This document shows, piece after piece, positions 1 through 4,950 of a DNA stretch of 5,143 nucleotides; within the stretch, counting starts at the first letter, position 1, and every line of letters starts with the position of its first letter. The DNA lies in the IMG/VR virus record IMGVR_UViG_3300038682_000390, positions 1-5,143 of that record; one strand, given 5' to 3'. A program made the translations under genes and the position numbers. The notes under the pieces are model-generated. The model was not told the origin of the DNA, did no database searches, and saw only the letters and a list, made by a program, of their open reading frames with translations. Source of the DNA: a virus.

Positions 1-99
1 AAAAAATACAACATAAAGTTGAAGGAGCGCGCAAGCGCGCATTACATAAGTAGAAAAAAAGAAAGAAAAGGGCACTGCCCTCTGACCTATAACAATAGA
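1..99. repeat. Terminal direct repeat, copy 1 (assembly overlap of a circular genome)
   Basis: Bases 1-99 match 5045-5143 base for base when read side by side. The offset of 5,044 nt is the length of the circle. Confidence 0.95.
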
Positions 100-111
100 C
101 AATCGAAATGT

Positions 112-134
112 GTTTGTGACCAAAGGTCACAAGC
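112..134. repeat. Inverted repeat / stem-loop TTGTGACC-AAA-GGTCACAA
   Basis: Eight contiguous Watson-Crick pairs (114-121 with 125-132) and a 3-nt loop. The stem extends through a G-T pair and a G-C pair to 112/134. Confidence 0.75.
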
Positions 135-144
135 CACATGTCAA
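129..144 (-). repeat. 16-nt repeat, copy 1 (minus strand TTGACATGTGGCTTGT)
   Basis: Matches the 5019-5034 copy at 14 of 16 positions. Both lie in the intergenic region in the same orientation, 154 nt apart around the circle. Confidence 0.7.
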
Positions 145-195
145 TCATCGATTGCCCTAGGCCATTCACCCGGTCTCCTAGGCGACAGCCAAGAA

Positions 196-217
196 GCCGA
201 ATGCTAGGGCATTCGCC
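196..217. repeat. Stem-loop GCCGAATGC-TAGG-GCATTCGCC
   Basis: Seven contiguous pairs (198-204 with 209-215), then one mismatch and a closing G-C pair (196/217), with a 4-nt loop. It competes with the alternative helices 153-160/204-211 and 180-185/213-218. Confidence 0.65.
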
Positions 218-282
218 TGCTTGTCAGCCTAAAGGAGACACAAAATGCGCAGAAAAATGCGTCACAAAACTAACACCAACAC

Positions 283-298
283 ATTTGTAGCTACAAAT
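283..298. repeat. Perfect 16-bp palindrome ATTTGTAGCTACAAAT
   Basis: Half-site 283-290 is the exact reverse complement of 291-298. Confidence 0.85.
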
Positions 299-393
299 AC
301 GAAAATCTACATCACTCAGATCATAAGCCTAAAAAACGCACACAAATTAGAAGAAAGAGCGTTTGAAAACTTCCACGCAGCCAAGCAATGGGG

Positions 394-430
394 ACACAAA
401 CAAACAAAAAACAAACACACACACGCAACA
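394..430. repeat. Low-complexity (CA)n/(CAAA)n-like tract (G+T-only tract on the viral strand)
   Basis: ACACAAACAAACAAAAAACAAACACACACACGCAACA: 37 nt of A and C only, with one G at 425. Confidence 0.8.
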
Positions 431-470
431 GCGGTCACAAGAGAAGTGACATACGAACCAGAAGACTTCT

Positions 471-509
471 AAAGAAAAAGCCCCCGCCGATCGGGAGAAA
501 GGCGGGGGC
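471..509 (-). terminator. Rho-independent terminator for the minus-strand (viral-sense) transcription unit
   Basis: On the minus strand: GCCCCCGCC, 12-nt loop, GGCGGGGGC, then TTTTTCTTT. This is a perfect 9-bp G+C stem (480-488 with 501-509) plus a T-tract (479-471), 70 nt downstream of the H-like stop. On the plus strand the hairpin is followed by CAACGTGTG rather than a T-run, so it looks unidirectional. Confidence 0.8.
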
Positions 510-578
510 CAACGTGTGTGTCTCTCACACTAGGATTGGATCACCCTAAGACACACATACAGAACAAAACCAACAAGG

Positions 579-1367
579 TCAACGACGGCCAGAAGAGCCG
601 CCGCCCTGCGAACCCAAGACGGAACCAAAACCACGAACAGCATCAGCCAACGCCATAGAGCCGCCAGCAGTCTCACCAAACGCATTAGACTGCATCCCGT
701 AGATAGTCCGCGCCATCTGCATGAAAGCATCAGGAGACATGGCCTTTACAGCGTCAGCATTCATCGGATTGATACCGTACATATTGGCAACAGCCGTACC
801 CAGAATATTATCAACGCCCATAGTCGCCAACAACTGCTGGCGCTTCCAAGTCGGCGACTCAGTAACAGCACGACGCAGAGCATCGGGCAACTCCACATTC
901 TGATAACGCTCGCGCTGAAAACCAAGAGTGTTAGCCGCAGTCGCGGCATTAACGTCAGCACCATACATCTGAGCTCCAGCCATCGTCCTGGACTGCTGCA
1001 AGCCCATGTCTTGGGCGCGGATCTGGACAGCCCGATCCTTGTCACGCTCAGACTGCTGAAAATCCAACTGACGACGCTGAGACTCTAGCTGGGCCGCCTG
1101 ATTGCCCAACACATTAGCAGACGACCCAGACGGAGAGGCACCAAAGCCAGAACCCGCAATTTCCTGCGGGGTAAGGCCCTTGCCCTCCAGATAACCATAT
1201 TTGTCAGAAAGCGCCTGCCGATCGCGCCGACGATCGAGGGCATTGCCAAGAACCTGCCCACCAGCAGTCAAAGCCAAAGAGGCTATGGGACCGATGCCCG
1301 GGACCGCACCAAGAGCAGGACCAGCGACCTTCTTAAGAGCGCCACCGATGGCCTTAAACAGGCCCAT
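579..1367 (-). CDS. H: DNA pilot / minor spike protein (phiX174 H-like, gokushovirus VP2-like)
   Basis: ATG 1367-1365 shares one base with the preceding stop (TGATG) and has no clear SD, suggesting termination-reinitiation. The Gly/Ala-rich N-terminus MGLFKAIGGALKKVAGPALGAVPGIG resembles phiX174 H MFGAIAGGIASALAGG. It is followed by a Q/R/E/D-rich stretch that looks like a coiled coil (QAAQLESQRRQLDFQQSERDKDRAVQIRAQ). It is the last gene before the terminator. Confidence 0.85.
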   Translation of the reverse strand: MGLFKAIGGALKKVAGPALGAVPGIGPIASLALTAGGQVLGNALDRRRDRQALSDKYGYLEGKGLTPQEIAGSGFGASPSGSSANVLGNQAAQLESQRRQLDFQQSERDKDRAVQIRAQDMGLQQSRTMAGAQMYGADVNAATAANTLGFQRERYQNVELPDALRRAVTESPTWKRQQLLATMGVDNILGTAVANMYGINPMNADAVKAMSPDAFMQMARTIYGMQSNAFGETAGGSMALADAVRGFGSVLGSQGGGSSGRR

Positions 1368-1885
1368 CAGCTCGAAGCCGAAGCAAACTGAGGCGGCTTA
1401 GCAAGCATACGCTGCACAGACAGCATACACATCTGGTCAACAGCGTTATTGCGGTTCATGGCACAAACCCAAACGAGGGCATTGCCGAAATCAGGATCAC
1501 CGGAAGACTGACCCAGAAGCGCTACGGTCTTATCAAGACCACGACCAAAACCGATCATGCGCATATTATCAACAACACCAGCGCCCTGATCGTAACCGAC
1601 AAACCAAGTAGCCGTGTTCGTGCCAACCATATCGCCCAAAACACGAAACGGTACGTACTCACCAGCGGGCGGCGGAAGCATCCGGATCCCAACCGCAGCC
1701 ACATTCGTCGCAGAAGACGTGTTGGCAGTCAAAGTGGACTGCACATAGCCGACACGATCAGCAACAAAACCCGGACCAACAAAATCCAAAACAACACCAG
1801 ACCGGGGATTATCAACAGCGTTAAAACCAGACTGAACAGAATCCAGCCAAAACATATCACGCTCAAGATTAACGGGAGAACTCAT
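1367..1885 (-). CDS. Putative major spike protein (phiX174 G position)
   Basis: ATG 1885-1883 overlaps the capsid stop (ATGA), with AAGG 8 nt upstream. It is 172 aa versus 175 aa for phiX174 G and lies between the F-like and H-like genes. I see only a faint C-terminal resemblance (GNALVWVCAMNRNN vs GNNVYVGFMVWSNF), so the function is assigned mainly from synteny and size. Confidence 0.65.
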   Translation of the reverse strand: MSSPVNLERDMFWLDSVQSGFNAVDNPRSGVVLDFVGPGFVADRVGYVQSTLTANTSSATNVAAVGIRMLPPPAGEYVPFRVLGDMVGTNTATWFVGYDQGAGVVDNMRMIGFGRGLDKTVALLGQSSGDPDFGNALVWVCAMNRNNAVDQMCMLSVQRMLAKPPQFASASS

Positions 1886-3144
1886 AGCATCTTACCTTGC
1901 TTAGGGAACTCAGCCTTAGAGCCTTCGCCAGCCATGCCAGAGAAATAGGACTCAAGAGCAGAATTGATGGGCGAGCGCGTACGCTCGGAAACATAGAGAT
2001 CAACGACATAATCCCCGAGGGAAGAAGAACGGAAAGCGGGCTTCACCCGCGTAGCGTCCTTCGCATTAGCCTGCGAAGTAGGAACATCCATGTACGGGAA
2101 AGAGTCACGCACATCAATGCGCGAACCAATAACATCATGACCAGAGCGCCACTGCCAGCCAGCAGGAACATAACCGAGCTGAGTACCGGAACTGCCCATA
2201 GTAATTTGACCAATAGTCAGAGGTTGGGGCTGCATAGCCTGAAGCATCTCAGGATCGCCAACCGTCTCAGCCCAAGAAGGCTGAACAGCAGCCAAAGGAG
2301 CGCGGGACTCAATAATCGGAGCAAAACGCACAGTCAGCATATAAGTGATAATGCAGTGCTCGGGACAAACAACGCCCTTCAACTGGTGATCGATATCAAA
2401 ATCGAAGATCGACTGCCACTGCCCAAGCGACGCGCCGTCAGTAGCGGGCAGCTCACGCGGCCGCACGCCGACCTCAACCTGATCAATCATCATAGGCACT
2501 TGGTCAACCTCACGCGAACCGTCGGCGTTATACATCTCAGAAACCAGCTCCATATATCGGTTGTACGACAACACATCGCGCTCGACAGAAGAACGAAACC
2601 GCGCCTGCAGCGCGGCCAAATCGCGCACATCAAACTCAGTCGCAGAAGGCAGCTCATAATCATCAACATCGCCCGGCGAAGCATCATAACGGGCACGGTT
2701 CCAAACATGCTGCAGAGGCACAGCGACGAGGCCATCATCATCCCACGTCGTCGCGTCAGCATCCTCAGGCCACTTGTACCACTCGTTATAAACACGAAGC
2801 AAAGAGTCGCGCCAAAAACGCGGCAACACAGAAGAAGGATCAGCAGCACCAACACCAAGCGCCGCAAAGTTCGGCAAGGAAATCGTCGGCGGAGCAGTCG
2901 CCCCAGAGGGACCATCCTTCAAATACTGCGGCCAACCCTCCCAGAGCCAGCGCACAGGCGTCATAAAAACGCCCAGATGCGCGTTAATCCGCAGAGAGTC
3001 ACGCTCCCGCAAACTCTCCAACTTCACAGAACCATTGAGCGAAATATTCGCAGTCTCACCCGGCAACAACATCTGCTGACGCACACAATTGACACGGCCA
3101 ATCTTACCAGTCTTGAGGGTCAAGCCACCACGATCTTCATTCAT
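1882..3144 (-). CDS. F: Major capsid protein (phiX174 F-like)
   Basis: ATG 3144-3142 lies 7 nt downstream of AAGGAGG (3158-3152). Several blocks align by eye with phiX174 F (from memory): GKIGRV...PGE vs GQIGRL...AGD; PQYLKDG vs IKFMKDG; LLRVYNEWYKWP vs YLNIYNNYFKAP; ASLGQW vs TSLGQF; VCPEHCIITYMLTVRFAP vs FVPEHGTMFTLALVRFPP; GDPEML vs GDPVLY. It is 420 aa versus 426 aa for F, and lacks the large insertion loops of gokushovirus VP1. Confidence 0.95.
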   Translation of the reverse strand: MNEDRGGLTLKTGKIGRVNCVRQQMLLPGETANISLNGSVKLESLRERDSLRINAHLGVFMTPVRWLWEGWPQYLKDGPSGATAPPTISLPNFAALGVGAADPSSVLPRFWRDSLLRVYNEWYKWPEDADATTWDDDGLVAVPLQHVWNRARYDASPGDVDDYELPSATEFDVRDLAALQARFRSSVERDVLSYNRYMELVSEMYNADGSREVDQVPMMIDQVEVGVRPRELPATDGASLGQWQSIFDFDIDHQLKGVVCPEHCIITYMLTVRFAPIIESRAPLAAVQPSWAETVGDPEMLQAMQPQPLTIGQITMGSSGTQLGYVPAGWQWRSGHDVIGSRIDVRDSFPYMDVPTSQANAKDATRVKPAFRSSSLGDYVVDLYVSERTRSPINSALESYFSGMAGEGSKAEFPKQGKML

Positions 3145-3620
3145 GACTTAGCCTCCTTCTTCATAAGCTCGACGACCTCAGGAGCGAGGCGACCAACGGG
3201 AGGCTCGCCACCAAGACCACCAGAATACGCCATGCAAAGCGAAAACATCTGTTCAAAACGCATAGGGCGAATAGCAAAATCTTCCTGGAGACCAGAGGCT
3301 GCAACGGCGTCAAACGTCTCAGGCACCTTGTGACAGGCGACCATACGGTTGGCCGGGGCAACACAGATCGCAATAACCGCAGCCGCGTATTGCCCGGGCA
3401 ACGGCACAGCCGGCATCCCAGAAATAGTCAAAGCGACCTCGATCACATTTGCAAGAATAGACCGAACGGACCGAGCCTCAGCAGGCGTCCAATGTTCATC
3501 GCGGGTCAACAGATCCCAATCGGGCTGCAAAATACCCATCTCGCGGTGAATAGCGGAATAGGTCTGACCCTCAGCCAAAATCTGAGCTCCACGCCTAAAC
3601 GCAGTGTGAATATCATTCAT
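3141..3620 (-). CDS. D: External scaffolding protein (phiX174 D-like)
   Basis: ATG 3620-3618 lies 8 nt downstream of GGAGG (3633-3629). The segment GMPAVPLPGQYAAAVIAICVAPANRMVAC aligns by eye with phiX174 D GYPRFPAPVEFIAAVIAYYVHPVNIQTAC (recalled from memory, roughly half identical). Size is 159 aa versus 152 aa. It sits directly upstream of the capsid gene, as D does apart from the intervening J. Stop TGA overlaps the capsid start as ATGA. Confidence 0.85.
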   Translation of the reverse strand: MNDIHTAFRRGAQILAEGQTYSAIHREMGILQPDWDLLTRDEHWTPAEARSVRSILANVIEVALTISGMPAVPLPGQYAAAVIAICVAPANRMVACHKVPETFDAVAASGLQEDFAIRPMRFEQMFSLCMAYSGGLGGEPPVGRLAPEVVELMKKEAKS

Positions 3621-4950
3621 TCAATAAGCCTCCAAAGTGATTAACAGGCTGCTCCCTACAAGGAGGAAAAACAGCAAGCAAACGAAGATGAGCGCGAGAA
3701 GTCGCACGCTCACAATACCCGTCTGGAACGGGAAGGAACTGAGTGACCCAATCGTAAAAGTCCTCTGAAGACATCCTGCTGGGCCGTTGGCCATCCCGCA
3801 CGCTCTGTAGCATCGCTGTGTAAGGAGCGGAGCTGGGCCGGAGTAAGACGTCTGTATCCAGATGGTCGGATGCCCACTGACGACAAAAACTCACTTGCTT
3901 CGCCATCGAGCGCAGAAATCCTTGCGGCACGTTGTGTATCGTCTGGATCAAAAGGGCGAGGCTCCAAGTCCTCGGCCTGTGGGACAGGGCCTGCACGGTC
4001 TTCAGGGGAAGGCGATGCAGAAGGTTCCTTAACCTTCCCTTCCCCAGATCCCGAGTCGCTTTCACTCTGTGTAACCATGCCTTGTGCTCCTTCTCCATGT
4101 ATTTCGACACATAAACGCCCGCACGGCGGGCAGACTTAACCAAGATCGCGCGACCCCTCTTTTTATCAAAAGGAAGACAAAAACCGAGGCGGGACCAAAC
4201 GTCACCTTCGTGACGAAAGAAAATAGCGCGGCCAATACCAGGCAGCGCATGAGGCCAGTACGTACCCATCTGGCGACAAAAATTGATAGTACGGGACTTA
4301 GGATTAACAATCCCGCGATTGGGATCGATCTTCCAAGAATCGGGAATATCTCGCATCCAAATCAACAGGTGCATGTGGTGATGGTGACGACTAGAACCGT
4401 GCTCAATCACACCAACATGACGAACAAAATCAGAGTCAGACGCGCCGCGCTGAATAGCCGAAGGCATACCGCAAGCAGCGGACGAAACCTTCGCAAGACG
4501 CCGAATGTATCGGCGGAACTCTCGACCTTCCTTCCACATCTCGCACGAATCTGGAACGCGAGAAGGATCAACAGTCAGAGTAACAAAAAAAGGAAACCAC
4601 CCAAGGTCGCGCATCTCTTCACATTCAGAACCAATACGCCAAATCCACATAGCACGACGCGACTTCGCGGCGGAAGACTCAAGAAAAGACTGAAAAGCAA
4701 TCTCATCCTCAGAGAGAGCAGCAGAAGAACCAGAAAGGCTAAGTGCCTCTTTTTTCTGCTGAAAAGTCATATCAGGGACCAAACCAAAACGCCGCATAGT
4801 ATGGGGGTAAATAAGAACTCTCTGTGCAAGATAAGAGTCAACCTCTCGATGGGCATGCCGAATATCGGCAACAGAAACATGCCTGGAACGTCGCATGAGC
4901 GACAAATTAGAACGCATTTCCGAAACATAGGACATGGCCTTTAAAGTCAT
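3613..4950 (-). CDS. A: Rolling-circle replication initiation protein (phiX174 A-like, HUH superfamily)
   Basis: The long ORF shows three Rep motifs: motif I FFVTLTV, HUH motif RHHHHMHLLIW, and catalytic motif GVYVSKYMEKE with two tyrosines four residues apart, as in phiX174 protein A. The ORF track starts at TTG 4953. I prefer the adjacent ATG (4950-4948), which lies 7 nt downstream of GAGG (4961-4958). Stop TGA 3615-3613 overlaps the next gene start (ATGAATGA). Confidence 0.93.
   Translation of the reverse strand: MTLKAMSYVSEMRSNLSLMRRSRHVSVADIRHAHREVDSYLAQRVLIYPHTMRRFGLVPDMTFQQKKEALSLSGSSAALSEDEIAFQSFLESSAAKSRRAMWIWRIGSECEEMRDLGWFPFFVTLTVDPSRVPDSCEMWKEGREFRRYIRRLAKVSSAACGMPSAIQRGASDSDFVRHVGVIEHGSSRHHHHMHLLIWMRDIPDSWKIDPNRGIVNPKSRTINFCRQMGTYWPHALPGIGRAIFFRHEGDVWSRLGFCLPFDKKRGRAILVKSARRAGVYVSKYMEKEHKAWLHRVKATRDLGKGRLRNLLHRLPLKTVQALSHRPRTWSLALLIQTIHNVPQGFLRSMAKQVSFCRQWASDHLDTDVLLRPSSAPYTAMLQSVRDGQRPSRMSSEDFYDWVTQFLPVPDGYCERATSRAHLRLLAVFPPCREQPVNHFGGLLNE
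3621..3794 (-). CDS. Candidate small single-pass membrane protein (57 aa from the ATG, or 30 aa from GTG 3713), overprinted on the rep 3' end
   Basis: Hand translation of the third minus-strand frame gives MANGPAGCLQRTFTIGSLSSFPFQTGIVSVRLLALIFVCLLFFLLVGSSLLITLEAY. It is below the 60-aa track threshold. There are 23 uncharged hydrophobic residues (LLALIFVCLLFFLLVGSSLLITL) flanked by R and E. The internal GTG (3713-3711) overlaps the B-like stop as GTGA. The ORF stop TGA (3623-3621) directly abuts, in frame, the D-like ATG (3620-3618). SD support is weak for both possible starts. Confidence 0.3.
   Translation of the reverse strand: MANGPAGCLQRTFTIGSLSSFPFQTGIVSVRLLALIFVCLLFFLLVGSSLLITLEAY
3710..4078 (-). 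CDS. Candidate internal scaffolding protein (phiX174 B-like position), overprinted inside rep in another frame
   Basis: ATG 4078-4076 follows GGAGAAGGAG (4096-4087) with an 8-nt spacer, one of the three strongest SD matches I see in the genome. The 122-aa product is acidic and rich in S, P, E, D and G, unlike the L/V/F/C/R-rich products of the other alternative-frame ORFs on this strand. The ORF lies in the 3' part of rep and ends 97 nt before the rep stop. phiX174 B is 120 aa and lies inside the 3' part of A. I see no sequence similarity to phiX174 B. Confidence 0.5.
   Translation of the reverse strand: MVTQSESDSGSGEGKVKEPSASPSPEDRAGPVPQAEDLEPRPFDPDDTQRAARISALDGEASEFLSSVGIRPSGYRRLTPAQLRSLHSDATERAGWPTAQQDVFRGLLRLGHSVPSRSRRVL

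Larger units (their letters stand above)
1..578 (-). other. Long H-to-A intergenic region, main part (continues across the circle junction into 4951-5044)
   Basis: No minus-strand ORF longer than a few codons, except one 53-codon hydrophobic ORF that crosses the junction. Strand bias is extreme (displayed strand mostly A and C). The region contains many stem-loops: 27-40 GCGCGC-AA-GCGCGC, 70-80, 112-134, 153-239, 283-298, 434-450, 480-509 and 516-530. Confidence 0.8.

Noticed and set aside
36-52. Possible XerCD dif-like site (GCGCAT...; minus strand CTTATGTAATGCGCGC resembles parts of the E. coli dif arms)
   Set aside because: Only partial half-site similarity is present. The XerC-arm, 6-nt spacer, XerD-arm arrangement cannot be reconstructed, so integration via XerCD is not supported.
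1-99. Terminal repeat as a biological LTR, ITR or direct-repeat insertion signature
   Set aside because: The copies are exact and sit at the extreme ends of the window. The interior is a complete microvirus gene set, so the simplest reading is a circular genome written with overlap.
1-148. 53-codon viral-sense ORF starting at ATG 148-146 and crossing the circle junction to a stop at 5033-5031 (MIDMWLVTFGHKH...)
   Set aside because: It has only a weak AGGG upstream. It runs through the hairpins and repeated motifs of the presumed regulatory region. Its hydrophobic stretch (ALFFLFFYLC) is too short for a TM helix.
19-207. 62-aa plus-strand ORF at the start of the window
   Set aside because: It has a TTG start and no RBS. 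The nearby GAAGGAG (21-27) lies inside the ORF rather than upstream, with no start codon 5-10 nt downstream. It lies on the T-poor strand, where open frames are expected.
530-730. 66-aa hydrophobic minus-strand ORF overlapping the H 3' end and running 49 nt past its stop (possible lysis gene)
   Set aside because: It has an ATG start but no SD within a useful distance (the nearest AAGG is 12 nt away). Its hydrophobic segments are interrupted by R, D and W. I cannot distinguish it from a composition artefact without comparative data, so it stays a low-priority lysis candidate.
761-1045. 94-aa minus-strand ORF inside the H gene (GTG start), including an internal ATG preceded by GGAG plus 7 nt that would give a 40-aa hydrophobic peptide
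   Set aside because: The GGAG comes from the H codons for VE. The peptide has no clean TM span, and nothing else supports it.
2490-2915. 141-aa minus-strand ORF in an alternative frame inside the capsid gene
   Set aside because: The L/R/C/M-rich product is typical of off-frame translation of a T+G-rich strand. The only SD-like AAGG abuts the ATG with no spacer. There is no positional analogue in phiX174-type genomes.
1897-3333. 478-aa plus-strand ORF antisense to the capsid and scaffolding genes
   Set aside because: The displayed strand is T-poor, so TAA, TAG and TGA are rare and long open frames arise by chance. The product is low-complexity (R/N/T/S/I/L-rich) with no recognisable motif. 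It fully overlaps a capsid gene with clear homology on the other strand.
3161-3373. 70-aa minus-strand ORF embedded in the D-like gene, positionally like lysis gene E of phiX174
   Set aside because: Only a TTG start is available and there is no SD. The hydrophobic stretch is C-terminal and short (about 16 residues), whereas E has an N-terminal TM domain. It is tempting by analogy but unsupported by the sequence.
3609-3615. TGATATT on the viral strand, matching the core of the phiX174 plus-strand origin (CAACTTGATATTAATAAC)
   Set aside because: A 7-mer match is expected by chance in 5 kb, and the flanking bases do not match. It sits at the D start rather than inside rep. I could not locate a convincing origin by eye.
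4062-4310. 82-aa hydrophobic minus-strand ORF inside rep
   Set aside because: It has a TTG start, with GGGA directly abutting it at poor spacing. It overlaps the start of the better-supported B-like ORF. Its composition is that expected for an off-frame.
4084-4944. 286-aa plus-strand ORF antisense to rep
   Set aside because: Same composition artefact: a basic, low-complexity product with no RBS context, opposite a gene that carries all three Rep motifs.
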